A DNA stretch of 64,000 nt from Clostridiaceae bacterium (GCA_012800435.1 JAAZJH010000009.1:6658-70657), one strand, 5' to 3'. Counted from the stretch's first letter, positions 41,548 to 52,904 are shown. Program-made: numbers and translations. Notes: generated from the letters alone by a model not told the origin.

Positions 41548-41576
41548 ATTTTACGCTCTTTAGACGGCGTTGTCAA
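41548..41576 (-). promoter_or_regulatory. SigA-type promoter of the ctsR-mcsA-mcsB-clpC operon
   Basis: The reverse strand reads TTGACA-17 nt-TAAAAT. Confidence 0.7.
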
Positions 41577-41883
41577 GAAAAGGCTCGCCCTAAATAGTGA
41601 GTTTTTTGTGAAATATTACAGTTAACGACGACGACTGTTTTAACCAACTTTTAATAAACATAGCTCCGGCAAGTGTCAGGAGTAATTTCTGCATTCCATT
41701 TATATGAAACGTTGTCATCTCATTTTCTATAAATAATCCATTTTATGTATAAGATTTTACTTTATTTTGTTGCAATATTAAAATAAATTAAAGTCAACAG
41801 AAGATTTAATTGTTACGTGCAAAATGCATGCAGAACAGCAATAAAGAGAAATGAGTGAAAAAAATTATTATACAGAATAACAT

Positions 41884-41912
41884 TGTTAATATTCTTCGTT
41901 TAATGTTAGAAT
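41884..41912 (+). promoter_or_regulatory. SigA-type promoter with extended -10 for the NCS1 permease
   Basis: TTGTTA, 18-nt spacer ending in TGT, then TAGAAT. It sits in an AT-rich 300-bp gene-free stretch. Confidence 0.55.
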
Positions 41913-41918
41913 ACAGGC

Positions 41919-42065
41919 ATTCTTGCAGACAGTTTTGCAAACAAATCCGGAGATATCAGGGAGACCGATTACTCATTGTGTCAGATGACTCGGTATCGGC
42001 ACCAGTGATGTAAAACGGGAACCCTGTGGGAAATATCTAAATAGGAGGCTTTTTGGGAGGTTTTT
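41919..42065 (+). promoter_or_regulatory. Structured 5' leader (candidate cis-regulatory RNA, class unassigned)
   Basis: Nested complementary pairs: 41951-56/42033-38, 41957-61/42022-26 and 41965-69/41995-99. The leader ends in tandem SD-like AGGAGG and GGGAGG before ATG 42066. Confidence 0.3.
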
Positions 42066-43442
42066 ATGGAAGATCTTAAAAAAACAGAAGCAGCCGCAGA
42101 TGAAGCGGCAAAAGTACAATCTGCGGAACAGGCAAATGTAGCGCCGGGGGCTGAAGAAAAACCGGTCGATCCGGATTATCCGCTTACGCATGTACCGCTG
42201 AGCGCACGGCGCTCGTTCTTTTCGGTAGCTGCCGTCCTCTTGGGCATTACATTCTTTAGTCCGACGATGAATACGGGCGCACAGATTGCCGCGGCGTTTA
42301 CCTTTAAAGATTTGATTTGGATTTCTCTGGTCGGCAACTTGATTCTTGGCGTCTATGTCGCGGCTAACTGCGCCATCGGCGCGAAAACAGGTCTCACATC
42401 GGCGATGCTTTCAAGATATACCCTTGGAACGATCGGATCAAAATGGGTAAGCTTCTTGCTTGGCGGAACACAGATCGGATGGTATGCCTACGTTAGCGCT
42501 TATGTAGGTCAGATGTTCGCGGTCGCGTTCAATGTACCGCAATATGCCGTCTGGTTTACACTGTTCTGGGCAATCGTTTTCGGTGTGACGGCACTTTGGG
42601 GCTACGAGGCAATTGAAAAAGTTGCGGTCATTGCTGTCCCGGCACTGCTGATTTTGGTCATTTATATCCCGATCGTCGCTACCCGGGCGGCAGGTGGATT
42701 CAGTGAACTCTTTAATGTCATGCCGACCGCGGAGATGTCGGTGGCAACGGCACTAACGGCGATCATGGGAACATTTGCGTCGATGGGAACACAAGCTTGT
42801 AACTGGTCCAGATTCTCAAAGTCTCCCCGTGCCGGGTTCTGGTCAGGTTTTGTTGCGTTCATGATCGGCAACACGATTATGCTGGCAGCCGGCGTTGTCG
42901 GCGGTCTTGCCTACAATGAGTCCGACTTCGTCGTCATCATGATGGGCATGGGAGCAGTCGTAATGGTGTTAGCGTTGATTATTTTGACGCTGAACATTTG
43001 GACAACGGCGCACGCGGGCGCGTACGCTTGGGGTGTTGCCGGCGCGGAGATGTTCAATGTACCGAACAAGACCCCGTTCTTGATCGGCGGACTGATCATT
43101 TCTATCGTTTTGGCGATGACGGGAATTTATGCGCAGCTGATCAATTTCCTCGTGCTGCTAGGCATATTCATTCCACCAATCGGCGGCGTCATGTTGGGAG
43201 ACTATTTCTTTACGTACAAGCGCAGCCTGCCGCGCCTTGAAGATATTCGCTTCAAGGCGATTCGCGTCGGCCCTGTTGCATCGTACGTCCTCGGAACGGT
43301 CGTAGCGTACGTGACCGACCACTTCAGCTTCGGTGTCCCTCCGCTTTTCGGTATTGTCGTAGCAGCGGTATGCGTGCCTATCTTCAACGCACTCCTGCCG
43401 AATGATCGCCATATCGTTAAGGAAAACGCTGAATATGTATAA
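42066..43442 (+). CDS. NCS1-family nucleobase/cytosine-type permease (CodB-like)
   Basis: 458 aa with about 12 TM segments and a CodB-like N-terminal pattern (LSARRSFFSVAAVLLGITF..., GAKTGLTSAMLSRYTLG). GGGAGG RBS. Confidence 0.8.
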   Translation: MEDLKKTEAAADEAAKVQSAEQANVAPGAEEKPVDPDYPLTHVPLSARRSFFSVAAVLLGITFFSPTMNTGAQIAAAFTFKDLIWISLVGNLILGVYVAANCAIGAKTGLTSAMLSRYTLGTIGSKWVSFLLGGTQIGWYAYVSAYVGQMFAVAFNVPQYAVWFTLFWAIVFGVTALWGYEAIEKVAVIAVPALLILVIYIPIVATRAAGGFSELFNVMPTAEMSVATALTAIMGTFASMGTQACNWSRFSKSPRAGFWSGFVAFMIGNTIMLAAGVVGGLAYNESDFVVIMMGMGAVVMVLALIILTLNIWTTAHAGAYAWGVAGAEMFNVPNKTPFLIGGLIISIVLAMTGIYAQLINFLVLLGIFIPPIGGVMLGDYFFTYKRSLPRLEDIRFKAIRVGPVASYVLGTVVAYVTDHFSFGVPPLFGIVVAAVCVPIFNALLPNDRHIVKENAEYV

Positions 43443-43462
43443 CCCATAATGGGCGCATTGAC

Positions 43463-43509
43463 AAGCCGTTCGTCTGCTTCAACTTGAAGGCGAACGGCTT
43501 GCCTTTTGT
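43463..43509 (+). terminator. Rho-independent terminator after the permease gene
   Basis: 10-bp stem AAGCCGTTCG/CGAACGGCTT with an inner CTTCAA/TTGAAG pairing, followed by GCCTTTTGT. Confidence 0.8.
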
Positions 43510-43665
43510 CAAGCAAGGCAGGGAGCGAACGCTACTTTTCAAACAAACGAACAAAGAACGTTTTTTGACGTGGATGTGGACGGATAATGTTTCGAAAACA
43601 CTAGGCGAACGACCTGCTTTTTTGACAACTGTATGCGCTACGATTAAAACGAAGGAGGCTCTTAC

Positions 43666-44601
43666 ATGAATATTGGTAATTTGTTCTCCATCAACGGAAC
43701 AATTACAACAGAAGTTTTAAGTGTTGTAGGTGTCCAGTTCGCACCGATCGGCGCGCAGACAAAAGAAGAAATGCGCGAGAATCTTGATCTAGTGCTGGCC
43801 TACCTGAATCAATCGGTCGACGCTTTCCCCGGCACCGACATCGTCGTTTTCCCTGAAGCCTGTTTACAGGGTTTCGCACCGGTCAACTGGCACGATGCCA
43901 TGATTGACATCGACGGCGAAGAGGTTGCAATGCTCTGCGAGCGTTGCAAGGCACTCGAAGTATGGGGCGTCTTCAGCCTGCTTGTCTGGGGAAACAAATC
44001 GCGCAATTGCTATGAAAATCGCACAATCGTAGTCAATGATCGCGGCGAGATCGTGCATTCTTATCTCAAAATGAATCCGTGGATTCCTTTTGAGAACTCC
44101 ATACCCGGAACATCGTGCACGGTCTGCGATGGTCCTAAGGGGTCGAAGATCGGCATCATCATTTGCGCAGACGGCGACTATCCGGAAATCTGGCGTGAAG
44201 CCGCGGTACGCGGCGCTAACGTGATCATCCGCCCAACGCACTATATGGATCCTTTCTATGAATCATGGGAGATCACCAATCGCGCAGGCGCTTATTTCAA
44301 TCAAGTGTATGTCGTGGCGATCAACACCTCCGGCATGGCAAAGAACGAGACACGTTCATGTTTCGGCAGGAGCATGATTCTCGGACCGGACGGCAACATC
44401 ATTACGGAAGCCGGACGTGGCAACGTCAGCTTGATCAAAGCTGACCTCTACCCCGGTATCATCGACGCGATGCGCAAGAAGGCTGTACACAGCAGCCCTA
44501 TGTTTTCATACTGCAACCGCGGCGCCAGCTGCCCGGATCTTGGTGGACGCGGGGATTGCACACCGTACACCGCTTACGAAAAAAGGAGGAATGACCTATG
44601 A
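43666..44601 (+). CDS. Carbon-nitrogen hydrolase, aliphatic amidase/formamidase (AmiE/AmiF)-like
   Basis: Catalytic pattern VVFPEA (Glu63), YLKMNPWIPFE (Lys135 plus second Glu) and IIICADGDYPEIWR (Cys167), spaced as in AmiE/AmiF. GAAGGAGG RBS. Confidence 0.8.
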   Translation: MNIGNLFSINGTITTEVLSVVGVQFAPIGAQTKEEMRENLDLVLAYLNQSVDAFPGTDIVVFPEACLQGFAPVNWHDAMIDIDGEEVAMLCERCKALEVWGVFSLLVWGNKSRNCYENRTIVVNDRGEIVHSYLKMNPWIPFENSIPGTSCTVCDGPKGSKIGIIICADGDYPEIWREAAVRGANVIIRPTHYMDPFYESWEITNRAGAYFNQVYVVAINTSGMAKNETRSCFGRSMILGPDGNIITEAGRGNVSLIKADLYPGIIDAMRKKAVHSSPMFSYCNRGASCPDLGGRGDCTPYTAYEKRRNDL

Positions 44602-44831
44602 TGACCAAACCGTCTTATCCGGCGTTCTTTCACAATATCCATCGCGCACTTCGCGATGTCGAGTATCCGATCACAAAAGAAGCGCTTTTGGAGCTCGTTA
44701 AAGATCGAGATGTACGAGTGGACTGGAACGTAACTGTGCCGTTAAGCACAATGATCGAGCCCATTCCGCAGGAATCGTTTTCCTGCGCCGCTGATTTTTA
44801 TTGCCGCTATATCGCGTCACTCGGGAATTAA
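44598..44831 (+). CDS. Small DUF2795-like protein, translationally coupled to the amidase
   Basis: ATGA start/stop overlap with the amidase and GGAGGA 7 nt upstream. The motif ALRDVEYPITKEALLELV ... resembles the DUF2795 signature (by eye only). Confidence 0.6.
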   Translation: MMTKPSYPAFFHNIHRALRDVEYPITKEALLELVKDRDVRVDWNVTVPLSTMIEPIPQESFSCAADFYCRYIASLGN

Positions 44832-44957
44832 TCTTCTTTCTATAAAAGAAGAAACAACATGTCGACCCGTGATGCGATTTATAGCGTGTTGTAACCGTCT
44901 CGGGCTACACTTGTAGAAAAGACTTGAATCGGCGCATAACGAAAAAAGTTCATCACA

Positions 44958-45010
44958 AAACAAACATCGCCTGAGCCTCATATCCGGTTCAGGCGATGTT
45001 TGTTTTTGTA
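44958..45010. terminator. Bidirectional rho-independent terminator between the DUF2795-like gene and rpoC
   Basis: Perfect 17-bp stem AAACAAACATCGCCTGA/TCAGGCGATGTTTGTTT with a 14-nt loop and T-runs on both strands. Confidence 0.85.
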
Positions 45011-45021
45011 ATTCAAAATAA

Positions 45022-48000
45022 TCAGCTGGAATAGACGTCGCTTGAGATCAATCCGTCCGGTATATCAAACCAATCTGACAGATCGGTTTCTTCTTCGTCA
45101 TACTCTTGGCGACGGTCTTCATCTTTAAGGGCTCTAAGGTCAAAAGAGCAAATATTGTCAAAACGCTCAGGAGAGAAGCCCTTGGCGATAACGAAGCCTT
45201 CAAAGGACTCACGCGTCTTCTGCGTAAAGCCGACGTCGAGACCCTTCTTTTCAACTTCCGTACGTTTAATGGTCGGCTCCTCTTCCGCCGTAGCATTCAG
45301 GAGCGGCATATTGCCTGGAATGACCGGAACAGCGCTTATATTCCGATAGCGCGAAAGCCCGGTACCGGCAGGAATCAACTTGCCAATAATGACATTCTCC
45401 TTGAGACCTTCAAGCATATCGATTTTGCCTTTGACGGCCGCATCGGTAAGCACACGTGTTGTTTCTTGGAACGAAGCTGCGGAGAGGAACGATTCCGTTG
45501 CAAGTGACGCTTTTGTGATCCCCAAGAGGATCTGATGACACTTCGCAGGTCTTAATCCCCTGCTTTCCGCCCAATTGTTCGCCGACCTCAGAATCGCTAT
45601 ATCAACAGTGCTGCCTGTGATGAGCAATGTATCTCCCGGATCGTCGACCTTCACCTTGCGGAGCATCTGGCGCACAATGATTTCCAAATGTTTGTCATTG
45701 ATTTCGACGCCATTGTTTTTATACACTTTGAGCACTTCCGAAATGATGTACTTTTGCACGCCGGCAGCGCCCTTAATCTTCATGATGTCATGAGGATTAA
45801 CGGATCCGTCAGTGAGCAGGTCGCCGGCATCCACTTCGTCGCCGGTGTCTACAAGCAGAGGTGTTGAGATCGGAACGGTGTACTTCTTGCTTTTGCCGTC
45901 TTCAGCCGTAATTACAACTTCCTGACGCTGCTTTCCTGTTTCAGCTACGGAAATCATGCCCGGAATCTCAGCAATGACCGCTTGTCCTTTCGGTTTACGC
46001 GCTTCGAAAAGCTCTTCAACACGTGGAAGACCCATCGTGATATCGCCGCCCGCAGCTACGCCGCCCGTATGGAAGGTACGCAATGTGAGCTGCGTACCGG
46101 GTTCACCGATGGACTGCGCAGCCATAATACCGACGGCTTCGCCCACGACAGCTGGTTCGCCGGTCGCGAGATTTTGGCCGTAGCACTTGGCGCAGACCCC
46201 TCGATCACAGCCGCAGGTTAATACGCTTCGGATCGAAACTTTCTTGAATCCGATGGCTTCAATGTTTATAGCCATGGTGTGGCCGATCATCTCGTTCTTC
46301 GAAACAAGCACCTCACCCGTCTCAGGATGAACGATGTCTTTAGCGGCATAGCGTCCTTCAATACGTGATGCTAGACCTTCGACCACTCGTTTCGTCCTTC
46401 CGCCGACGATAACAGGGGACACATCGATGAAGTCATCCGTCCCGCAGTCTTCGGTACGAATAATGACGTCCTGAGCAATATCGACGAGACGCCGCGTGAG
46501 GTATCCGGAGTCCGCCGTTTTCAGGGCGGTATCGGACAGTGTCTTACGAGCGCCGTGCGAAGAGATAAAGAATTCAAGCACGTTCATGCCTTCACGCAAG
46601 TTAGACTTAATCGGAATTTCGATCGCCTTACCCGATGTGTCGATCATGTTGCCGCGCATGCCGGCAAGCTGCTTAATCTGATCGATGTTACCGCGGGCGC
46701 CCGATAGCGACATCATATGAATTGGGTTGTACTTACCGAGACTCTTTTTCACGGCTTCGGTGATCTCATCAGTCGTCTCGCGCCAGATATCAAGAACGGT
46801 ATTGTAGCGTCCGGATTCGGTCAAGGAACCCAACATATATCTATTGTTAACGTATTCAACGCGTTTTTCCGCTTCCTCAATCAACGCATCTTTTTCTTTA
46901 GGAACGGTCATATCAAAAATACCGATCGAAAGACCTCCGATGGTTGAATAGTGAAAACCAAGCGTCTTTATGTCATCAAGTACGCTCGCCGTCTTGGTAA
47001 TGCCGCACACATGAATACAGCGCTCAATGATACGGCCAAGTTCTCTCTTTCCGACAACAAAATCGCACTCAAGCGCGACCTGACTTTCGGCATCATCCTC
47101 CTTGCGTTCGACAAAACCGAGTGTTTGCGGGATGACCTCATTAAAGATACAGCGTCCAAGCGTAGTCTCGACGATGCCATGATACGTCTTACCGTCGCGT
47201 GTCACTTCACGTCGAACGCGGATAAGCTGACCGAGTGTGATTTGATGCTCATCGTATGCCATGATGGCTTCTTCGACAGATGAAAACGTGCGCAAAGGCG
47301 CATCTTTCGGTTCATCAGGGTTAGGCTTAACGATGGTCAGATAGTAGCAGCCGAGAACCATATCCTGCGTCGGTACCGTGACGGGTTTGCCGTCCTGCGG
47401 TTTCAAAAGGTTATTCGCGGCGAACATTAGATAGCGAGCTTCTGCCTGCGCCTCCGAAGAAAGCGGTACATGTACAGGCATCTGGTCGCCGTCGAAGTCC
47501 GCGTTAAAGGCAGTACAAGACAGGGGGTGCAGCTGAATGGCGCGTCCTTCAACAAGAACGGGCTCAAACGCTTGAATGCCCAAACGGTGTAGCGTCGGTG
47601 CGCGGTTTAGCAAGACGGGGTGATCCTTAATCACCTCATCAAGCATATCCCATACGAGGTCACCGCCGCGCTCAACCTGCCGCCTCGCCGATTTAATATT
47701 CTGCGCGTAGCCATGGCGCATCATTTCGCGCATGACAAAAGGCTTGAACAGTTCGAGCGCCATTTCCTTTGGAAGACCGCATTGGTGCATTTTCAGTTCC
47801 GGTCCTACAACGATAACGGAACGTCCGGAGTAGTCGACACGTTTGCCCAGCAAGTTCTGACGGAATCGTCCTTGCTTTCCTTTCAGGAGATCAGAGAGTG
47901 ATTTAAGCGGACGGTTGCCTGCGCCGGTGACGGGACGGCCTCGACGGCCATTATCGATGAGCGCGTCGACCGCCTCCTGAAGCATACGCTTCTCATTGCG

Positions 48001-48846
48001 TACGATAATATTCGGCGCTCCGAGCTGCAAAAGCTTGTTCAGGCGGTTGTTGCGATTGATCACGCGGCGATAAAGATCATTGAGGTCCGACGTTGCAAAA
48101 CGGCCGCCGTCAAGCTCCACCATCGGCCGCAGTTCAGGCGGCAATACCGGCAGGACTTCCAGTACCATCCATTCCGGACGGAATCTGGAGTTCCGGAAGG
48201 CCTCTACAACTTCCAAGCGCTTAATGAGACGCGCTTTCTTCTGACCGCGCGCTTTTTCGAGCTGGCCGCGCAGGTCTTTTGCAAGTTCCGGCACATCAAT
48301 CTCTGCAAGAAGGTCACGAATCGCTTCGGCGCCCATTTTGGCAACAAAAGCATTGCGACCGTATTTATAATAGGCTTCACGGTAGTCGCGCTCATTGATA
48401 ATCTGCATTTTGGCAAATTTCGTCTCGCCGGGATCGATCACAATGTACGCGGCAAAATAGATCACTTTCTCCAAGTTGCGCGGCGACATATCAAGCATCA
48501 GGCCGATACGACTCGGAATACCGCGGTAGTACCAAATATGCGTCACAGGTGCAGCGAGGCGAATATGCCCCATACGTTCACGACGCACTTTGGACAGAGT
48601 AACCTCGACTCCACACTTGTCACAGATGATGCCGCGATAGCGTTTTGTCTTGTATTTGCCGCAGAAGCATTCCCAGTCACGTGTAGGCCCGAATATTTTT
48701 TCGCAGAAAAGCCCGTCCGTTTCCGGCTTAAGCGTGCGGTAGTTTATGGTTTCCGGTTTTTTAACTTCACCTTTCGACCACGAAAGGACTTTGTCCGGAG
48801 AGGCGAGACCGATACCTATGGCATCAAAGTTTCTTAATTCAGACAT
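45022..48846 (-). CDS. rpoC: DNA-directed RNA polymerase subunit beta'
   Basis: Zn-finger CFCGKYK...CDKCGVEV, catalytic NADFDGDQM and full-length beta' similarity. About 100-aa C-terminal extension. Confidence 0.97.
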   Translation of the reverse strand: MSELRNFDAIGIGLASPDKVLSWSKGEVKKPETINYRTLKPETDGLFCEKIFGPTRDWECFCGKYKTKRYRGIICDKCGVEVTLSKVRRERMGHIRLAAPVTHIWYYRGIPSRIGLMLDMSPRNLEKVIYFAAYIVIDPGETKFAKMQIINERDYREAYYKYGRNAFVAKMGAEAIRDLLAEIDVPELAKDLRGQLEKARGQKKARLIKRLEVVEAFRNSRFRPEWMVLEVLPVLPPELRPMVELDGGRFATSDLNDLYRRVINRNNRLNKLLQLGAPNIIVRNEKRMLQEAVDALIDNGRRGRPVTGAGNRPLKSLSDLLKGKQGRFRQNLLGKRVDYSGRSVIVVGPELKMHQCGLPKEMALELFKPFVMREMMRHGYAQNIKSARRQVERGGDLVWDMLDEVIKDHPVLLNRAPTLHRLGIQAFEPVLVEGRAIQLHPLSCTAFNADFDGDQMPVHVPLSSEAQAEARYLMFAANNLLKPQDGKPVTVPTQDMVLGCYYLTIVKPNPDEPKDAPLRTFSSVEEAIMAYDEHQITLGQLIRVRREVTRDGKTYHGIVETTLGRCIFNEVIPQTLGFVERKEDDAESQVALECDFVVGKRELGRIIERCIHVCGITKTASVLDDIKTLGFHYSTIGGLSIGIFDMTVPKEKDALIEEAEKRVEYVNNRYMLGSLTESGRYNTVLDIWRETTDEITEAVKKSLGKYNPIHMMSLSGARGNIDQIKQLAGMRGNMIDTSGKAIEIPIKSNLREGMNVLEFFISSHGARKTLSDTALKTADSGYLTRRLVDIAQDVIIRTEDCGTDDFIDVSPVIVGGRTKRVVEGLASRIEGRYAAKDIVHPETGEVLVSKNEMIGHTMAINIEAIGFKKVSIRSVLTCGCDRGVCAKCYGQNLATGEPAVVGEAVGIMAAQSIGEPGTQLTLRTFHTGGVAAGGDITMGLPRVEELFEARKPKGQAVIAEIPGMISVAETGKQRQEVVITAEDGKSKKYTVPISTPLLVDTGDEVDAGDLLTDGSVNPHDIMKIKGAAGVQKYIISEVLKVYKNNGVEINDKHLEIIVRQMLRKVKVDDPGDTLLITGSTVDIAILRSANNWAESRGLRPAKCHQILLGITKASLATESFLSAASFQETTRVLTDAAVKGKIDMLEGLKENVIIGKLIPAGTGLSRYRNISAVPVIPGNMPLLNATAEEEPTIKRTEVEKKGLDVGFTQKTRESFEGFVIAKGFSPERFDNICSFDLRALKDEDRRQEYDEEETDLSDWFDIPDGLISSDVYSS

Positions 48847-48864
48847 AATTCGTTACGGCCTCCT

Positions 48865-51800
48865 TTACGCGTTCTCTTCTTCATCGTCGGAAACGTCGGC
48901 TTCAAAAACAGGCGCTTCCTCGTCGTCGACATTGCCGGTATCAAACTCATCATCGTCGGCAAAAACGGAATCATCATCGGACAGATCGTCATCTTCATCG
49001 GGAACAACGTCGCCCTCTTCATCCAGCACACCGTCGATGAAGCCTCTGCTTTCAAACTCATCATCGTCGGCACCTTGCGGCATTAACATGCCGTCCTCGC
49101 CCAAGAGGCGAGAGAGCGTCCTGTAAGTGATCGTTTCGTGATCACCTTCCATATCGTCTTCTTCCGGCAACGGAAGCTCCTCGTTTTCGTCAGAGTAAAT
49201 ATGAACATCAAGACTGAGAGACTGGAGCTCTTTAACGAGGACCTTGAACGCCTCCGGCACGCCTGGCTCGGGGATGTTGTCGCCCTTGACAATGGCTTCG
49301 TAAGTTTTCGTGCGACCCCAGATGTCGTCCGACTTCACGGTTAGAATCTCTTGCAGCGTATATGCCGCACCGTAGGCTTCAAGAGCCCAGACTTCCATCT
49401 CGCCGAAGCGCTGTCCGCCAAACTGCGCTTTGCCCCCCAGAGGCTGCTGTGTCACAAGAGAATAAGGGCCGATCGAACGCGCGTGGATCTTATCGTCAAC
49501 AAGGTGCAGTAATTTCATGTAGTACATGATGCCTACCGTGACCGGATTTTCAAAAGGTTCACCGGTTCTGCCGTCATAAAGGATCGTTTTCCCGTCAGTG
49601 GACATACCTGCCTTTTTGAACGCTTCCACAACGTCTTCTTCATTCGCGCCGTCAAAGACGGGCGTTGCAATTTTGACTCCGAGTTCGTTGGCGGCAGCGC
49701 CGAGGTGAACTTCAAGAAGTTGGCCGACGTTCATACGCGAAGGAACACCCAACGGGTTCAATACGATGTCCAGAGGCGTACCGTCCGGCAGGAAAGGCAT
49801 ATCCTCGACCGGCAAAATCTTGGACACAACACCCTTATTGCCGTGTCGTCCGGCCATCTTGTCACCGACCGAGACTTTCCGCTTCTGAGCGACGTACACA
49901 CGCACGAGCTTCGTGACACCGTGCTTTAATTGTTCGTCGTTCTCACGTGTAAACACCTTAATATCAACTACGACACCGGATTCACCGTGCGGTACGCGTG
50001 TTGACGTGTCGCGAACTTCGCGGACTTTTTCACCGAATATCGCCCGATAGAGGCGCTCTTCCGGTGTCAGCTCTGTCTCGCCTTTAGGCGTGACTTTGCC
50101 GACGAGAATGTCTCCGGCACGGACTTCCGCTCCAATACGGATAATCCCCTCTTCGTCAAGATCATGCAGCGATTCATCGGCAACGTTGGGGATCTCTCGC
50201 GTGATTTCCTCGGGACCGAGTTTCGTGTCACGCGCTTCACACTCGTATTCCGTAATATGAATCGAGGTGTACAGATCGTCGCGTACGAGACGCTCGCTCA
50301 TTAGAACGGCGTCTTCATAGTTGTAGCCTTCCCACGTCATAAAACCGACGATAACGTTGCGTCCAAGCGCGAGTTCACCATTATCGGTCGAGGGTCCGTC
50401 GCCGATGATCTCACCGGCTTTGACGCGATCGCCGGGAAGCACGAGCGGGCGCTGATTAATGCAGGTTCCTTGGTTGGAACGATCGTATTTTTTCAACGGA
50501 TACGTATCGATTCCTTCTTCATCCGAGCTCACAACAATGCGGTCTCCGGCAACTTGCACGACAGTTCCGTCGCGCTCCGCAACGACACAAACGCCGGAGT
50601 CCTTCGCGGCGCGGTGTTCCATGCCTGTGCCGATGATAGGAGCTTCGGGACGAATAAGCGGAACAGCTTGGCGTTGCATGTTAGAACCCATCAAAGCGCG
50701 GTTAGCGTCGTCGTTGCCGAGGAACGGAATCAACGAGGTTGCCACTGAAACCAGCTGCTTCGGCGAAACGTCCATCAGATCGACACGTTCAGGTTCAAGC
50801 TCAAAAAATGCGTCACGATAACGGCAGGATATTTTTTTGTTTAGGAAACGGCCTTCCTCATCGAGAGGCTCGTTTGCCTGAGCGATGAAGTATTTGTCTT
50901 CCTCATCAGCGGAAAAGTACTCCACTTTGTCGGTAACACAACCTTTTTCCTTGTCATAAATACGGTACGGCGTCTCAAGGAATCCATAACGATTGACACG
51001 CGCGTAGGTTGCCAAGGAATTGATAAGACCGATGTTCGGACCTTCCGGAGTCTCAATCGGGCACATACGGCCGTAATGCGATGAGTGCACGTCGCGGACT
51101 TCGAAGTTGGCGCGATCACGTGAAAGCCCGCCCGGACCAAGCGCTGAAAGACGGCGTTTGTGCGTCATCTCTGCAAGAGGATTAGGCTGATCGGTAAACT
51201 GGGACAACTGGCTCGATCCGAAGAATTCTTTGATCGCCGCGGAAATGGGTCGTGTATTGACGATATCTTTCGGTGTTGCGACCGAGATATCAGGGATGGT
51301 TTGCATGCGCTCGCGAACAACGCGATCCATACGTGAAAAACCGATGCGCATCTGGTTTTGCAACAACTCGCCAACTGAACGAATACGACGGTTGCCCAAA
51401 TGGTCGATGTCATCCCTTTCGCCAATGCCGTATTCAAGGCCGATATAGTAGCTTATCACCGCAAGAAAATCTTGAATGGTGAGATGATTCGGAATAAGTT
51501 CCCGGCGGCGCGATTCAAGCTGCGTTCTCAGGGTCACTGAAGGATCGGCAGAAGACATCGCTTCTTCGACGACTTCGCGAAGAACAGGCGTATACACCGC
51601 TTCCGAAATGCCGTATTTCTCATAGTCAATACCGACCAGCACATCGTCGCTGAAATAACGGCGGAGATACTGATCAGCGCACACACGATCATTGCCGACA
51701 ATGCGAATACGATGCTCAATCTGCGTCACCGTATCGCCGATCCGGCGAAGAGGAAAAACGTCGACACTATTGATGCCCGCCTGTTGAATGGCATTAGCCG

Positions 51801-52737
51801 CTTCTCCGGTAATGATTTCATCAGCCAGAACGAACACTTCACCATCATCGCCTATCACATCATCGGCAGCTCGGTGGCCTTTCAGACGATCCGCGATCGC
51901 CAGTTTCTTGTTGAGTTTATAAACACCGACCTTGGCAAGATCGTAACGATTCGGATGGAAGAACATATTGCGAAGAAGCGCCTGCGCGCCTTCACGAGTA
52001 TAGACTTCTCCGGATCGCAGTTTGCGGAACATCTCCTGCAAACCTTCTTCACTCGAACGACACCCGTCTTTTTTCAGCGTTTGAACTAGCGATTCTTCCT
52101 CGCCGAGCAATTCAATGATTTCCTCGTCGGTTCCAAAACCGAGCGCACGAATTAAGATCGTCAAGTAAAATTTGCGCTGGCGATCCATACGTACCCAGAG
52201 GAGATTTTTGGCGTCCGACTCAAACTCAATCCAAGCTCCGCGGTTCGGGATAACCTGCGCTGTGTAAAGCTCAACATCGTTTTTATCGCGGACGATGTCA
52301 AAGTAAGCGCCGGGTGAACGTACGAGCTGGCTGATCACAACCCGTTCAGCGCCATTAATGATAAAGCTGCCTGTTTCCGTCATGATCGGAAATTCACCAA
52401 TGTAGACTTCTTGATCTTTTATCGTGTCGCTCGTGCGATCATGAAGCCGAACGGTCATATACATTTTAGCCGCGTAATTGGCGTCGCGGTCTTTGCATTC
52501 TTCGATAGAATACGTCGGATTTGTGACATCAAATTCTCGATTAATAAAAGAAAGCTCAATATCCCCTGAAAAATCGGTTATCGGAGAAGCATCTTCAAGA
52601 ACTTCCATCAGTCCCTCATCAAGGAACCACCTGTAGCTGCTTTTCTGGATTTCCAACAAATCGGGAATATCGAGGATTTCGTCAATCTTAGAATAAGACA
52701 TTCTCTGAACGCGTCCGTACTGAACGGGCTTAACCAT
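48865..52737 (-). CDS. rpoB: DNA-directed RNA polymerase subunit beta
   Basis: Full-length beta similarity (rifampicin-region [20 protein letters not shown]). About 100-aa strongly acidic C-terminal tail. Confidence 0.97.
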   Translation of the reverse strand: MVKPVQYGRVQRMSYSKIDEILDIPDLLEIQKSSYRWFLDEGLMEVLEDASPITDFSGDIELSFINREFDVTNPTYSIEECKDRDANYAAKMYMTVRLHDRTSDTIKDQEVYIGEFPIMTETGSFIINGAERVVISQLVRSPGAYFDIVRDKNDVELYTAQVIPNRGAWIEFESDAKNLLWVRMDRQRKFYLTILIRALGFGTDEEIIELLGEEESLVQTLKKDGCRSSEEGLQEMFRKLRSGEVYTREGAQALLRNMFFHPNRYDLAKVGVYKLNKKLAIADRLKGHRAADDVIGDDGEVFVLADEIITGEAANAIQQAGINSVDVFPLRRIGDTVTQIEHRIRIVGNDRVCADQYLRRYFSDDVLVGIDYEKYGISEAVYTPVLREVVEEAMSSADPSVTLRTQLESRRRELIPNHLTIQDFLAVISYYIGLEYGIGERDDIDHLGNRRIRSVGELLQNQMRIGFSRMDRVVRERMQTIPDISVATPKDIVNTRPISAAIKEFFGSSQLSQFTDQPNPLAEMTHKRRLSALGPGGLSRDRANFEVRDVHSSHYGRMCPIETPEGPNIGLINSLATYARVNRYGFLETPYRIYDKEKGCVTDKVEYFSADEEDKYFIAQANEPLDEEGRFLNKKISCRYRDAFFELEPERVDLMDVSPKQLVSVATSLIPFLGNDDANRALMGSNMQRQAVPLIRPEAPIIGTGMEHRAAKDSGVCVVAERDGTVVQVAGDRIVVSSDEEGIDTYPLKKYDRSNQGTCINQRPLVLPGDRVKAGEIIGDGPSTDNGELALGRNVIVGFMTWEGYNYEDAVLMSERLVRDDLYTSIHITEYECEARDTKLGPEEITREIPNVADESLHDLDEEGIIRIGAEVRAGDILVGKVTPKGETELTPEERLYRAIFGEKVREVRDTSTRVPHGESGVVVDIKVFTRENDEQLKHGVTKLVRVYVAQKRKVSVGDKMAGRHGNKGVVSKILPVEDMPFLPDGTPLDIVLNPLGVPSRMNVGQLLEVHLGAAANELGVKIATPVFDGANEEDVVEAFKKAGMSTDGKTILYDGRTGEPFENPVTVGIMYYMKLLHLVDDKIHARSIGPYSLVTQQPLGGKAQFGGQRFGEMEVWALEAYGAAYTLQEILTVKSDDIWGRTKTYEAIVKGDNIPEPGVPEAFKVLVKELQSLSLDVHIYSDENEELPLPEEDDMEGDHETITYRTLSRLLGEDGMLMPQGADDDEFESRGFIDGVLDEEGDVVPDEDDDLSDDDSVFADDDEFDTGNVDDEEAPVFEADVSDDEEENA

Positions 52738-52904
52738 CAGTGATCACCTCACTCAATCAAAACCGGTTAATAATGAAGATAGCGTCAAACCGGTATTGAC
52801 GATATCTTCTTGCATGATATAATTGCGGTGTCGAACCGCCTTAAGACAGAGAAATATAATATTGTATTTCAGGTGCCAAAGCAGGTTGAACGACACATCA
52901 AACG

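Noticed and set aside
41973-42191. 72-aa minus-strand ORF overlapping the permease start and leader.
   Set aside because: It is antisense to a well-supported gene start and has no RBS. It has a Phe/Arg/Cys/Ile-rich composition typical of antisense frames.
43484-43669. 61-aa ORF between the permease and the amidase.
   Set aside because: It starts inside the permease terminator stem, has no SD, and runs into the amidase RBS and start. It is most likely non-coding spacer.
52820-52850. tRNA-like T-arm (GGCGGTTCGACACCGC) in the rpoB leader.
   Set aside because: No matching acceptor, D or anticodon arms can be built around it. It is an isolated 5-bp hairpin.
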